A stretch of DNA of 64,000 nt. It comes from Oculina patagonica (taxonomy: Eukaryota). The notes below the pieces were generated by a model that saw nothing but the letters and a program-made list of their open reading frames with translations, was not told the DNA's origin and made no database searches. A program made the translations under genes and the position numbers. Numbering within the stretch: the first letter of the stretch is position 1; every line of letters begins with the position of its first letter. Below are positions 36,947 to 51,000 of this stretch, one piece after another. The stretch covers positions 7,440,001-7,504,000 of the forward strand of contig NC_135768.1 of NCBI RefSeq assembly GCF_052425735.1, in the 5' to 3' direction.

Positions 36947-37837
36947 CTAAAAACAGTAAAGCTGTCTGATTGTGCCTTTGACTGCTTGTTTCACTTCCCT
37001 GATTTTCCAACAGTATAGAAACGGGTTTAAAGACGAGTTTAAGAAGACTAGAGTCTCTGTAGCTATTAACGGCACATGCTCTACTCCATTCGGATCTAGC
37101 GCAATCGCAATGCCCCACGGAACATAGCATGCAACTAACGCCAACTGCACCCACATAATGCTGGAGACTGTCTTTTTGAAACGTGCTATGTTTAGTGGAA
37201 TCCCTGCTCCGTTCTGTTGTCCGTGGGGGACATTGTTTTGTACTTGAGCTTGGTGATGTCGTAGTTTAAGGTGTATCCTCGTGTAACAAAAAATCGAAGT
37301 TACAAGGCAAAGTATTAAGCCAACATTGGCATTCGTAATGGCGATATCTATTCCCCACACCGAGAGCAACGCATTTGAAGCAGAAATCAGCAAGAAACAA
37401 ATTACGACTACACGAACTCGCCTTAATGTTACGACTTGTCTGTATCTCAGTCCCAGCAACAGTGCAAGAAGTCTGTCCACACTAATTGCAGTCGATGTTA
37501 AAACAGATACTGCACACAAAATATAACTTGAAGCTGGATAAACTTTGTAAAAGTAAAACAAAATATTTACGTTGACTCCTCTAATACGAAAAATAATGTA
37601 GGTAGCATAGAGTGGTTGTAGAAATAGACCTACGCAAAGATCAGTGACCGCCATACATCGAAAGAAAAATTTTGTTGGAGGATGAATAGAAGAGACATTC
37701 TTCAGCGCAACTAGGATCAGAGCATTACCCACAGCAGCGGTGATGGAAAGAAAAATGTTCAAAGCCGTCAAAAATTCTGCTATACCTGCTGGTGGCGCGC
37801 TGAGTGTTTGATTCAGTTTGCTCGTGTAGACCGCCAT
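36947..37837 (-). CDS. Intronless class A (rhodopsin-like) orphan GPCR, cnidarian melanocortin/adenosine/trace-amine-like expansion
   Basis: 7 TM segments; GN in TM1, MAVTD in TM2, AISVDRL in TM3, CYVP in TM6, NSSLNPFLY in TM7. Confidence 0.88.
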   Translation of the reverse strand: MAVYTSKLNQTLSAPPAGIAEFLTALNIFLSITAAVGNALILVALKNVSSIHPPTKFFFRCMAVTDLCVGLFLQPLYATYIIFRIRGVNVNILFYFYKVYPASSYILCAVSVLTSTAISVDRLLALLLGLRYRQVVTLRRVRVVVICFLLISASNALLSVWGIDIAITNANVGLILCLVTSIFCYTRIHLKLRHHQAQVQNNVPHGQQNGAGIPLNIARFKKTVSSIMWVQLALVACYVPWGIAIALDPNGVEHVPLIATETLVFLNSSLNPFLYCWKIREVKQAVKGTIRQLYCF

Positions 37838-38673
37838 CTTTCTTGGGTTGTCTTCCCTTGAAGAGTTCTTGTAGCTAAGTTAGCGTCGAAATTTTGAGAC
37901 AAATTTCAGCTTGCAGCTTTGTTACTGAGATGGCGATTTAATATGTAGTTGATAACGGATCAACTTGTGATTTTTTTCGGACTTCCTATTTAATTTTAAA
38001 GGAATAAATGTTTGTGTATAAAACTGATCGATCTGTCAGATGATGAGATATCACATTCTTTACAGTCAACTAAAAATTAAAAACTGAGCTTCTATTTTTT
38101 CTAAGCTCTTAGAGTCTACTGAAGACCAAAAACATAGCACCGGTCACATATCTTTTTAGCTAAAGGGTCTTTGAAAAATAAGGCCGTTATATAGGTGTAG
38201 AGTCGTTTCGAGTCTATCGATAGATGTTACAGCTCTAAAGTGTTTTCCTTAATTTAGTTAAAGTAATTTAAATTTTTTGTTATCACGCGCGCAGCACATC
38301 CTTCGGCTTGATTAATAAAAATCCTTCATAATCTTGATCGACTTGTCAAGGAAAGTACGTCTATTGATTAGGCGGAAAAATGATCCTTTTTATGCGAGTG
38401 TGTGTGCAGGTTTAGGAAATAAATAAATAAATAAATAAATAAATAAAATGTCTTTATTGCACTTATTAAAATACATAACAAACGTTACATGTAAAAATCG
38501 CTTAAATATCGCTTATATTAAATATCGCTTATATTAAAAATACTGATCCATATACAATTACCATCGCAAGAAGCAGAGCTATACTTACACGGTTTTTGAA
38601 TCGGGCACAATTGTTTTCTATAAAACTATCTTTAAGTTTTTACTGGTGTCAATAAGCATTGGTTGTGTTTTAA

Positions 38674-39067
38674 GGGACCGTGTCACTTATTTTAGCCAAA
38701 CTTAAGCATAGGAAATGACCATCAAATTCGTTTAAACATATAATATAACCTCTTAAAAAGGTGAAAGAATATTCAAAGAACACACCAAATGCAAAAGAAG
38801 TTACGAATGGCCAAAGTTGTCGAAGATTGACATGCATGGATTGCTATATGGGTTTTTGAAATATGGTTTGGCGGAACAGTTTTCAAAGCTAATCTTGTCT
38901 GCTTGTAACTTTAATTAACAACGCCCGTGAGACAAATTTGGCTGCAATGAAGCTATGGTTTTGTCATTAAGACTCATATAATAAATTTCTTTGCAAACAT
39001 TTTGTTTCATAGCGAATATTTGACAAAATTTAATTACATAAACTACGTTGGCCTCGACACAGTCCCT
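38674..39067. mobile_element. TTAA-flanked MITE (Kolobok-like)
   Basis: ttaagggaccgtgtc ... gacacagtccctttaa. Confidence 0.6.
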
Positions 39068-39904
39068 TTAATCAGCAGTGTTGCTAACCGCAGTTAACGT
39101 TTTGAATGTGTCGGTGGATGTAGGCAAATTGGCGATAATAAAGTTATTTTCTTCAGCAAGTAAAAAGCGCTTTCAGGACAAAACTTTTTTGACGCAAGGC
39201 GCTTTTAATTTGTATTCTCGAAACTTCAACTTCTTTCTCAAACCATCTACACATGCAAGTGGAATTTGTAGCGAATGTTAATTCTTGACCAGCGAATACT
39301 GCCGGACTGCGTGGGGGAATATTTAATTTGCGAGAAGCAATAAATTTAAGGTTTACTTTAAGAAGTGTGAGAAATTTGACACGCTACCCTCAAACAACAA
39401 ATAGACAAAAACGAAAGCTTTCGAATGACAAGATAATCATCGGTGTTTTTATCAGAATGTTGTGGCAAAAATAGCTCTGTCCGGAAAAAGTACCAACAAA
39501 AAAGGCGTGATAATTAAAAGGTAGGCGTTCTCAAAGTCGTTCCCTTCTGATTCAGAAAGCGTCTTCTCACGTGCTTTGTGCGACCTGAGGTCGTCTTGTA
39601 AGCAAGACTAATTAAAAGCTAAAATAAATATCTTTTTGACAAAATGAACATCTAGCTGTGTCGTTTCGATTCGTAGTCTGGTAGCGTTCGATAGTCAAAA
39701 CAAAGTTTCTACTTCCCCTTTTTTGGCCAAATGGATGCCTTATGGATGTGCATCTTTGTCTAAAGTTCTGCTGTTTGTCCTATCTGGACCTATTTTAGTT
39801 CGATTTAAGAGAGAATCTCGCACTTTGCAAGACATGAACTTACCTATTTTTTCACTCTATTTAGACACTCAATCGTACTTTGCCTGTTTCTGTCGATCTA
39901 CACA

Positions 39905-41148
39905 ACTTTCCTGATTGTGCCTTTAACTGCTTGTTTCACTTCCCTGATTTTCCAAAAGTATCGGAAACGGGTTTAGAGATGAGTTGAAGCAGACTAGAGC
40001 TGCTACAAGTAACCAGGCTGGCTATGCAATTTTCTATTCCATTGACATAGAGCACAGCAGCAATGCCCCACCGAACATAGCAAGCAACTAATGCCAACTG
40101 CACCCACATAAGGCTGGAAACGGTCTTTTTGTATCTTGCTATGTTTAGTGGAATCCCTGCACCGTTCTGTGATCTGTTTTGTACTTGTCGTAGTTTGAGG
40201 TGGATACTCGTGTAACAGAAAATAGAAGTTACAATGCAAAGTATAAAGTTTATAAAGACTGCCTTGTTGGGGATATCAATTCTCCACACACAGATCAATC
40301 CACCTGAAGCTGCAATTAACCAGAAAACAAGTTATGACTACACCAATTCGCCTTAAGGTTTCGGCATGTCTGTATCTCAGACCCAGAAACAATGCAAGAA
40401 GTCTGTCAACACTAATTGCAGTCGATGCAAAATTATGGTAATAGGACTGAGTGGAGTCCAATTCGGTCTGTTATCATACGAGTGATTAACAAAATCGGAC
40501 GACCGCGAAGCGGGAGTCTGATTTGTGTAATCACGAGTATGATTACAGACAGAATTGGACGACACGAAGTCCAGTTACCAGTTAATCAAAACTATAACAA
40601 AATTCAAGAAACAAAGTAACAGACTTTACCGTCGAAATGATGAAAAACATAAAAGTTTACGCAACAAAATGCACAACAACAGTGCGCGCAAAATGGCGCG
40701 TACTGTGCAATTACACAGGCATGACGCGTAAACTGTCCTATTACACTGTCCAATTACAAGCATGACGCGTACACTGTCCTACTAGTATTAGTGCTCAAAT
40801 CGGGCTGCTGATAACCAATCACGTTCGAGAATTTTGTTATAGTTTTTATTAAACAGATACTGCACACAAAATATAACTTGAAGTAGTAGACAGGTAGCAT
40901 AGGCTGGTTGTACAATAAGACCAATGCAAAGATCAGTGACCGCCAGACATCCAAAGAAAAGTTTTGTCGGAGAATGAATAGAAGAGACACATTCTTCATA
41001 GCAAAGAGGATCAAAACATTGCTCACAGTAGTGGCGATGGAAAGAAAAATGTTCAAAGCTGAAAATAAGTCGGCTATGCCTGCTGGTTATGCACTGAGTG
41101 CTTGGTTCAGTTTGCTTGTGTAGTTTCCTTCTCCGGTAAAGTTTGCCA
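39905..41148 (-). pseudogene. Pseudogene paralog of the adjacent GPCR
   Basis: Collinear with 36947-37837 ([37 protein letters not shown]); several frameshifts and deletions plus a ~420-bp insertion. Confidence 0.85.
40432..40850. mobile_element. Interspersed hairpin-containing repeat inserted in TM3 of the GPCR pseudogene
   Basis: Absent from the intact paralog (gtcgatgttaaaacag); internal IR ccaattcggtctgttatcatacgagtgatt / aatcacgagtatgattacagacagaattgg. Confidence 0.7.
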
Positions 41149-42423
41149 TTGCTCTTGGGTAGACAGAAAATTAAGCTTGCCCGGGAAGAGTGCTTGAAGT
41201 TCCAAAGCTTTAAAAAATAACATCAGCTTTCTGTTTTGTTATTTGAGATGATGATTTACATGTCGCAGATAATACGCCCACTTGTGCTGACTTAGCCTAT
41301 CTAAACATAGTCGATGTTTTATAATATTAGGGAAGATAGCTTAGCTCTCGTCCGCTAAAAATCCCAAAATCAATGTGAAAAGTTAAAGGAAGAGTTGATT
41401 GTTTTTGACAAAATAAGCAGTTTTATTGTTGTGCAGTGTGGTAGCGTGGACATTAGTCAAGAATTCATTATCGCTAAACACTTCCGCTTACAAGTGCAGG
41501 TGATCTGGAATCGAAATTTAAGTTCCCCGTAAACATGAACCTTAAAAATGCTTTCTCTAGGTAAAAGTTTCCTCTGTGCAAGTTTATTACGGGCCGTCGA
41601 AATATTCACTTGTTGCCTCAACTCGACGTTTACGACAAAACGTTCTCTGTCGTTAATTCAAACTTTGATCATGCAACGTTTGATGTTAATTGCGTGCTGT
41701 TGTTGCGTGATGTTAAGAGCGTGTTTTTGCATCGCGTGTTAACGTCGGGATGCTACTGACGGGTGGTTAAGTTTGAAGGCAAATATTTGCTTATACCACC
41801 AAGACAATTTATAAATAAATTATGCGAGACTTCACCAGCCTACAGTTTATCGTTTCAAAAACCTGCAGTGGAAATAATAAAAACAACTCTGTAAAATGAA
41901 AGTCATTTGTTTCAGTATATTTCACAACATTACTTCAACTGGTATTAATTCTGACACCGAGTTCTGATACCAAGAAGATCATGAGACGCATTTTTATTTC
42001 CACCCTTTCGACTACAATCATATCTTTTTTATTTAATTGATTTTGGAATAGAACCTTAGAACCACTGGGTGCATATGTTGTAGAGATGAGCTGGTGTAGC
42101 TGGAACTGAGTTCTTTCGAGTGCAGCCGATGTCCTTGCGTTTTGGTGAGTTGTTACAGGAAAGAAAGACTCTTTTTTAACTCAGCCCAGCTGACTAAAAT
42201 ATTAATGTTGAAGAGGAGCCGATGATTTGCTAAAATCCCTTGCCGGGGAAATTTGAACCGGGGGGGGGGGAGGGACTCGCTTTTGAAAGTGACGGGGATG
42301 CTAGTCGTCTAGCTTAAGGGTGTAAATTTCGGATTTTTGGTCTCGCTTTGGGTGTTCCAGGCAAAACGCCAATATTTTTATCCATAATGGTCTCGTTTAG
42401 GGTTTTAGAATTTTGGTATCATA

Positions 42424-42863
42424 TAGGTTGATATATGACACGCGTCCTGCATACTGCTAGGATCAGGAATGTCGAAATCATCAAATGTGTAGTAAATAAT
42501 AAAGATGGTAAATTTCAAGCTCGGGGATAGATAGTGAAGAAATTATTCAACATGACACGAGCGTGGGACAAAGAAAAAAATCTGACATTTACTAGGTTGA
42601 TATAAGACACGCGTCCTGCATACTGATCCTAGCTGTATGCAGGACGCGTGTCATATATCAACCTAGTAAATGGCCCAGCTCACAACGAGTCTCTCGTAGC
42701 TCAGTTGGTTAGAGCGCCTAACCGATATCTGGGAGGCCATGGGTTCGTTTCCCGTCGGGGACTCAGATTTTTTCTTTGTCCCACGCTCGTGTGTTGTTGA
42801 ATAATTTCTTCACTATCTATCACCGAGCTTGAAATTTACCATCTTTATTATTTACTACACATG
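42424..42863. mobile_element. tRNA-containing repeat with nested inverted and direct repeats
   Basis: IR ~42485-42585/42762-42863; hairpin ~42588-42671; direct repeat ~42424-42457/42593-42626; tRNA-like core 42688-42764. Confidence 0.65.
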
Positions 42864-43648
42864 TTGGCTTAGTTGTTTAGAATTAATGGGATTTAAAATC
42901 ACAGCATTTGTTCTTATCTCACTCTCATTTTTATAAATTTGTTTACTTAAACATCAATTGCTTAGAATCATCTGATATCACTTTATATGATTCAACAAAA
43001 GAATACCCACTTTATTACGTGAATTAAAAAAACCCCGTTATGTTAGGATAAAAAACTTGGACAAGAGCCCGTTTTTCACACTTCTAGGTTAAATTATTCA
43101 ATCATATGTAGTTTCAAATTTAACATATAATTTTTCTGTCAGTACGTAACAAAAAGCGACAGTTTGAAACGAGATAATTTTGTGCAGTCTTGATAATAAG
43201 TAAACACTTTTAAACCTTTTTACATCATGTTTTAACATATTTAATAATGTGATATCTAATGACTTATATTCGCTAGAAAATCTTCTTTTCACATACATCA
43301 GTTTAAAAATTCGACAAGAAATGAAACATTTTTTAAGTTAAGTCGTATTCAGAAGTGATAGTTCTTTGAACTGCGTATCCTCTGTTTAAATGCTTGTTTA
43401 TTCAGACGCGGTCGTTAGTCAGTTTTTATCCCGAAATCAATACCCTTTCAATGGCTCAGTGATGTTTTATCTTAAACTTTCGAAAGCTGTCTAAATATGT
43501 GCTCACGAAAATCTCCCATTCTTAATCAGCTATACGAAAACACACACGCTAGCTTACTATACTAAAGCGTTGCTGTAAGAGTGCGTCATTTGGTGGTCTT
43601 TATTCTCTGCCAAGTTCGTTTGACTCAAATTTTCTCTGTTGAGATATC

Positions 43649-46170
43649 ATGAAGCTGGTTTTCATCTTCGCCTTCTTGGTCTACTCGCTGAATAACCCAA
43701 GTGAAGCCCAAGTGAGTCAGATGTATCTTTTTATGTCGTAGTATTGAATTGTTTGATGCTGTCTCACACTTGGTCAAAAAATGATTAGTCTGATCACGAA
43801 TGAAACATGTTTCGCCATGAAAAGGGTTCACATCAGAAGGTGATCTGATTTCAGCAAATCATGATCGAGACATGTTTATTCTGAGCATGAATGAAACAAC
43901 CTCACGAGGTAGTTTTAATCTTGATCAGACGAAACACGTTAAAAACGGCGGACATGTAGAGGGACTGGGTATAAGCGAATGCCCAGAACCTCAAAAATTC
44001 AGCCTACTATGAGACGAAATATCTATTTAAAATGTGGGCTGATGAATCGATACAACAGGAATTATCGCCGATGGGTAGAAAGCAGAATATTGGGAAAAAA
44101 ATCGCCACGAAAGTTAGCGACGGTGGACAAAGGCGCACAGCATCGCAATGCAAAATCAAAATTCACAAACAATTTTTCTTGTACCGAAGATAGCGCAAAT
44201 ACTGACAATACTGTCTCCTTGCCACACGCTGGAAAGCCCTTCTTCTCCGAAAAGTTTTTTTGCTTTTGAAGAAAATGCCAACACGTGTATTCAGCCAAAT
44301 CGTCACACACCAGGCTCAAAAGAAACGAATAAAAAAGTGTCACATGAGGCACTGAATTTAAACGACGATTTCCGGCCCTTGGTTTGGAATACCACCACGT
44401 ATCTTAAAGTTTATTTCTCTCTAGATTAAGCAAAAAAAGCCATTTTGAAACCTTGAACGTACAGTTTGGGCCTTTTAGAAAAATACCAAAACGTGGATTC
44501 AGCCTTATGTTTACTCCATGTCCAAAAGAACCAAATAAGAAAGTGAGGCACTGAAAACGAAGATTTTCGGCGCTTGCGTTGAAATGCCACCATGCATCTT
44601 AAAGCTTGGCTTCTTTCCAGATCCAGTAAAACCAGCCAATTTATCGAGGTGTACCAAAATGTTCTCAAGGCGTACTCAATTGTGGAACGTTTCCAGTTTC
44701 GATGGCGACAATATTAAATAATGGGCCACGAAGAAAATTTGAGGGTTATAAACACTTCTAGGAGCTTTATACCAAAAGATTACTACATGCTCAGTCCTTT
44801 CTATGCAATTAATATGAAAGACGTCATCTTAATTCCCCTTTCCAACAGATACCTCAGTGCTTACCTGCATTGGCAAGCTATCTTCACGGCCAAGCCTCGC
44901 TGTTGCATAGTGTCAAAAGTGACCTTGAAAAAGTTAAGCATCAATTGCAACAGGCCACTGGTAAGTTTGAAGTTAAGGCATTTTCCTTCACAGCATATCA
45001 GGTGCATATTCGTAGCACACAAAAAAGACTTCGTACTGTTCTTAGAAGTGAAAAAAATAGCGAAAATGAAAGCTTGGGCCAGACACTGTAATTTCGTAGT
45101 ACCCTTTCTCTTCAGAATTTCGAAAGTGTTGGGAAACACTGGTGGTTAGTGTACCCAGGATGCTGCAGCCAAAAACATAGAGCTTTCTAGGAGTGTCCAT
45201 CTCTATTGTATGAGAGTTACAGAATATTTACGCCATTATTATAAGTCTAAAGTTATTTTTAGAATGATCTGTTTCGATCTGCACCTTCATTAGAAGGAAA
45301 GCCCTCTTCCCCTCCCCCCAAACAAGGAAGATGGGAAGATTTATAAAATACTCCAAACAACAAACAATCAGATAGGCTTCCTAAGCGGGAGGGACTATCT
45401 AAGCGGAAAAGCGTAATGCTTAGGCGACAGAGCGTTTCCAAGAAATATTCCAAGATGTAAATACGCTTTTGCAGATGAAGGCTAATGTGCGGTAAGCTCT
45501 TACTATACCCTGAATGCAATAGAAAAGCTTTCCCCCCTATCCAAACCGACGCTTCCGTCCTGTTTCTGTGGTATGATGACTCGCCAAGCTTGCTGAATCC
45601 CTGATTCGGCACATGGTAAAGGTAAAGCCTGCTGTCGAGCCAAGTGGCTCATCAGACCGGAGCTTATCCCGGTTTATGTAGCATAAAGCAGCTAGTATTT
45701 CTTCTCCCCCCTGGATGGGATGCTAGTCCATCGCAGGGTTATCCCCAGCAGTAAATTCGCCTGTAACCATTTATACACCTGGGTGGAGAGAGGCACTTTG
45801 AGAAAGTGTTTTGCCTAAGAACACAACGCAGTGCCCCGGCCAGGTCTCGAACCCGGATCGCTGGATCCGGTATCCGGCGCACTAACCATTAGGCCACCGC
45901 TACATGAGTTGTTTTTTTTTATTAACGAACATCCTTTTCTTACTGACAGGTCAATGGCCCCCCGGTCATTACTGTATTCTGGCCAAAGGATCATGCCCAG
46001 CCGGATTCACTCGTCACGCGGGCCACATGCGTGCTCTGAAGCAATTCTCACACACTCCCACATACATCACCCCGGCCACGTTTGGAGATAGCAGGATCCA
46101 GTGTCATGGACCCTGCGGTCGGTACGGACAGTGGGTCGGAGACCTGTACATCACAGCTTGCTGTAAGTGA
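43649..46170 (+). CDS. Small secreted ApeC-sub-repeat-like protein, copy B, 131 aa
   Basis: Exons 43649-43711, 44849-44960 and 45950-46170, same lengths (63/112/221) and phases as copy A; AATAAA at ~46312. Confidence 0.85.
43990..44170 (+). mobile_element. Decayed Myb/SANT-like (trihelix) coding fragment, PIF/Harbinger ORF2-type; second copy at ~47750-47945
   Basis: The second copy reads WADEAIQQELSAMGKKQNIWANIATNVSDGRYKRTASQC..RI, matching the W..(x)..W..IA......RT..QC pattern; this copy is frameshifted. Confidence 0.6.
44255..44640. repeat. ~2 units of the 204-bp satellite in intron 1 of copy B
   Basis: aaaatgccaacacgtg...aaagtgtcacatgaggcactg...ccagatccag motifs. Confidence 0.8.
45614..45900 (-). 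mobile_element. tRNA-derived SINE with (TTTACC)n tail
   Basis: Minus-strand head gcggtggcctaatggttagtgcg...ggttcgagacc; tail tttacctttacc. Confidence 0.8.
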
Positions 46171-48019
46171 AGGAGGAATCACAGGAATACCCTCATACCA
46201 CAGGCAGGCCCTACATAGCGGTGTTACACAGGGGATGTTAGAAAACTAGGGCAACCCATATGCCAAATATTAACTTACAAATCTTGCTATGTATGGTATC
46301 AGTGTTATTTTAATAAAGGGCATGGCGAAAAGATCTTGTTCTGAATGTGTTTATTGCAGTATCCATTGACGAAAACAATCTAATTTTGTTTTGGCTCTGT
46401 TTAAAGACGCTCTTAAGGCTTGTTGGACAAACTTACGTCGCACTTTTTGAAGTAACCAACCCTACAGCACCTTATAAATCTAACAAATTTGTCGCCCAGA
46501 ATTTGAATGATCAGTTTTAAGGCTTTTTTTTCAGTCTTATGGGAAGAACGGGGACCCATAGTATTAACAAAAAAATGAAAACAAGGATAGGCAGGCCAGG
46601 GTGGCTACTTCGGTGCAAATGTCTTAAATTAAACGAGCCTGAGTTCTGTTTCGTTCGTGGCGCTGTCTCGTCTGTCGTGATGACTTTTTACGAGGAGTAT
46701 CTTTGGCGGGGGATTTTTGTGTCTTAAAGCTATCGTTTAAAAAATACGTTATTTCTCAGCTGCATGGCAATTAAACCTTTGACTAATTCTCAGCTATCCG
46801 TGAACCGCATCCAGACCCTCTTTTTAAACAAACTTAGTTTAAAAATTCATAAAAATCACAAAGCATCATTAAAAAAAGTTTTTTAACACTCATACTTTGA
46901 ATTTATTATATAAGGCGACGTTAAAAGGAATATGAGATGAATTTAAAAAAAAAAAAAAAAAGTAAACAACGTTTTAACATGTTAGCGTAGTGGTTTGAAT
47001 TAATGGAATTTAAACTGATCACACCACTAGTTTGCATTTGTTATTTTTTCAAATAAATTTGTTTACTTAAACATTAAATTATTGCTCAGAATCATCTAAT
47101 ATCACTTAAGATCACTCAATACCCACTTTATTACGCGAAACACTTAGACTAAAGCCCGTTTTTTGTAGTTTTAGGTAAAATTACTCAATCAAATGTAGTT
47201 TCAAGTTTAACATATAATTTTTCTATCAATACGTAACAAAAAGCGACAGTTTTAAACGAGATGACTTTCTGCAGTCTTAATAATAAGTAAACACTTTTAA
47301 ACCTTTTTTTAAATCATGTTTTCATATATGGTAATGATGTGATATGTTAGGACTTGTACGCGCTAGATAATCTTCTATTCACTTACAACAATTTAAACAA
47401 TTTTAAAGTAAAGTCGTTTTCAAAAGACCTGACTCATTTCCAAAAGTGATATTTCTTTGAAGTGTGTATCCTCTGTTTTAATGCTTATTTATTCAGACGT
47501 GGTCGTTAGTCAGTTTTTATATCGAAATCAATACCCTTTCAGTGGCTCAGTGATGTTTTATCTTAATCTTTTAAAAGCTGTCTAAATATGTGTTCACGAA
47601 AATCTTCCATTCTTAATCAGCTATACGAAAACACACACGCTAGCTTACTATACTAAAGCGTTGCTGTAAGGGTGCGTCATTTGGTGGTCTTTAATCTTCA
47701 TCAGACGAAACACGTTAAAAACATGGCGGACTTGTAGAGAGACTGGGTAAAGGCGAGTGCCCAGAAGCTCCAAAATTGGGCCTACAGAGCAAATGTTTTA
47801 TTAAAATATGGGCTGATGAAGCGATACAACAGGAATTATCGGCGATGGGTAAAAAGCAGAATATTTGGGCGAACATCGCCACGAACGTTAGCGACGGTAG
47901 ATACAAGCGCACAGCTTCGCAATGCATAACAAGAATTCACATACAATTCTTCTTGTACCGAAGATAGTGCAAATACTGACAATACTGTCTACTTGCCAAA
48001 CGCTGCGAAGCCCTTCTTC

Positions 48020-51000
48020 TCCAAACAGGTTTTTCTTTTTAAGAAAATGCCAACACGTGGATTCAACGTAATTTTCACACCGGGTTAAAAAAAATGAATA
48101 AAAAGGTATCACACGAAACACTAAAAAAGAGATTTTCGGCGCTTGCTCTGAAATACCACCACGTATCTTAATGCTTATTTTGTCTCAAGAACCAGCAGAA
48201 CCAGCCAGTTTGAAACTTGATCGTGAAATGAACAGTTTGGGCTTTTTTGAAAAAATGAAAACACGTGGATTCAGCCTAATGTTCACTCAAAAAAACCGAA
48301 TAAGAAAGTATCACAAAAAGCACTGAAAACGAAGACTTTCAGCCCTTGTGTTGAAATACCACTACGTACCTTACAGCTTATTTTCTCTCCAGATTGAACA
48401 AAACCAGTTATTTTGAAACCGTTGAAACGTACAGTTTGGGCCTCTTTGGAAAAATGGAAACACGTGTATTCAGCGTAATGTTCACTGCAGGTTCAAACGA
48501 ACCGAATAAGAAAGTGTCATATGAGGCACTGAAGAAGAATATTTTCGACCCTTCCCTTAAAATACCACACGTATCTCAAAGCTTGATTGCTCTCCACATC
48601 CAGCAAAAACAGTCAGTTTGAAACTTAAAACGTACAGATTGGGCATTTTTGGAAAAATGCCAACACGTGAATTCAGCCTGATTTTCACTCCAGGTTCAAA
48701 AGAACCGAATAAGACACTGAGGCATTGAAAGCGAAAATTTTCGGCCCTTGTGTTAAAATACCATCACGTATCTTAAAGCTTATTTTCTCTCCAGATCCAG
48801 CAGAACCAGTTAGTTTGAAACTTGAAACGTGCACGTTGGGCCTTTTTGGAAAAATGCCAACACGTTGATTCAGCCCAATTAATGTTCAGTCCAGGTTCAA
48901 AAGAATCGAATAAGAAAGTGTCACATGAGGCACTGAAAACGAAGATTTTCGGCCCTTGTGTTGAAATATCATCACGTATCTTAAAGCTTATTTTCTCTCC
49001 AGATCGAGCAAAAACAGTCAGTTTGAATCTTGAGACGTACAGATTGGGCCTTTTCAGAAAAATTCCCATACGTGGATTCAGCCTAATGTTCTCTCCATGT
49101 TCAAACGAACCTAATAACAAAGTGTCACATGAGGCCCTGAAAGCGAAGATTTTCGGCCCTCGTGTTGAAATACCACTACGTATCCAGTACAGCTTATTTT
49201 CTCTCCAGATTGAGCAAAACCAGTTAGTTTGAAACTTGAAACGTACAGTTTGGGCCTTTTTGGAAAAATGCCAACACGTGGATTCAACGTAATGTTCACT
49301 GCAGGTTCAAACGAACCGAATAAGAAAGTGTCATATGAGGCACCGGAGAAGAATATTTTCGTCCCTTCCCTTAAAATACCACCACGTATCTTAAAGCTTA
49401 TTTTCTCTCCAGATCCAACAGAACCAGTCAGTCAGAAACGTGAAACGTACACTGTGGGTGGTTTTGGAAAAATGCCAACACGTGCATTCAGCCTAATGTT
49501 CAGTTTAGGTTCAAAAGTCAGAACCAAAAAAAAGAAAGTGTCACATGAGGCACTGAAAACGAAGATTTTTGGCCCTTGCGTTGAAAAACCACCATGTATC
49601 TTATAGCTTATTTTCTCTCCAGATTCAGGAGAACCAGCCAGTTTGAAACTTGAAACGAACAGTTTGGGTCTTTTTGGAAAATCGCCAACACATAGATTCA
49701 GCGTTAAGTTTACTCTAGGTTTAAAAGAACTTAATAGGAAAGTGTCACATAAGGCACTGAAAACGAAGATTTTCGGTTCTTGCGTTGAAATATCACCACG
49801 TATCGTAAAGCTCATTTTCTCTCCAGATTGAGTAAGGCCGGCCAGTGTGAAACTTAAAATGTACAGTTTGGGCCTGTTACGAAAAACTACAACACGTGGA
49901 TTAAGCCTAATGTTCACTGCGGGTTCAATAGAACTGAATAAGAAACTGTCACACGAGCACCAAAAACAAAGATTTTCGGCGCTTGCGTTGAAATACCACC
50001 ACTTAACTTAAAGCTCTTTTTATCTCCAGTTTAAGCAAAACCAGCCAGTATGAAATTGAAACGTACAGTTTGGGACTTTTGGGAAAAATGCCAACACATT
50101 GATTCAGCCTAATGTTCACTCCAAGTGCAAGAGAACCGAATAGCAAAGTGTCACATGAGGCACTAAAAACGATGATTTTCGGCCCATGCGTTGACATACC
50201 ACCACGAAACTTTAAGCCTATTTCTCTCCAGATCCAGCAGAAACAGCCAGTTTGAAACTTGAAACGTACGTTTTTAGGCAGTTTGGTAAAAATGCCAACA
50301 CGTGGATTCAGCCTAATGTTCACTCCAGGTTCAAACACGCCGAATAAGAAAGTGTCACATGAGGCACTGCAAACGAAAATTGTCGGCGTAAGCGTTGAAA
50401 TACCACCACGTATCGAAAAGCTTATTTTCTCTCCAGATCCAGTAGAAACAGCCAGTTTGAAACTTGAAACGTGCACTGTGGGTGTTTTTGGAAAAATGCC
50501 AACACGTGGATTCAGCTTAATGTTCACTCCAGGTTCAAAAGAACCTGATAAGAAAATGTCACCAGTGTCACATGAGGCCCTAAAACGAAGAGTTTCTGTC
50601 CTTGCGTTGAAATACCACCACGTATCTAAAAGCTTATTTTCTCTCCAGTTTGAGCAAAACTAGCCAGTTTGAAACTTGAATCGTACAGTTTGGGCCTCTT
50701 TAGAAAAATGCCAACACGTGGATGCAGCGTAATGTTCACTCTGGGTTCAATAGAACTGAATAAGAAAGTGTCACATGAGCCACTAAAAACGAAGATTTTT
50801 GCCCTTCCGTTGAAATTCCACCACGTATCTTAAAGCTTATTTTCTCTCCAGATTGAGCAAAACAAGTTATTTTGAAACTCGAAACGTACAGTTTAAGCCG
50901 TTTTGGAAAAATGCCAATACGTGGATTCAGCGTAATGTTCAATCTAAGTTCAAAAGAACCGAATAAGAAAGTGTCACATGAGGCACTGAAAACGAAGATT

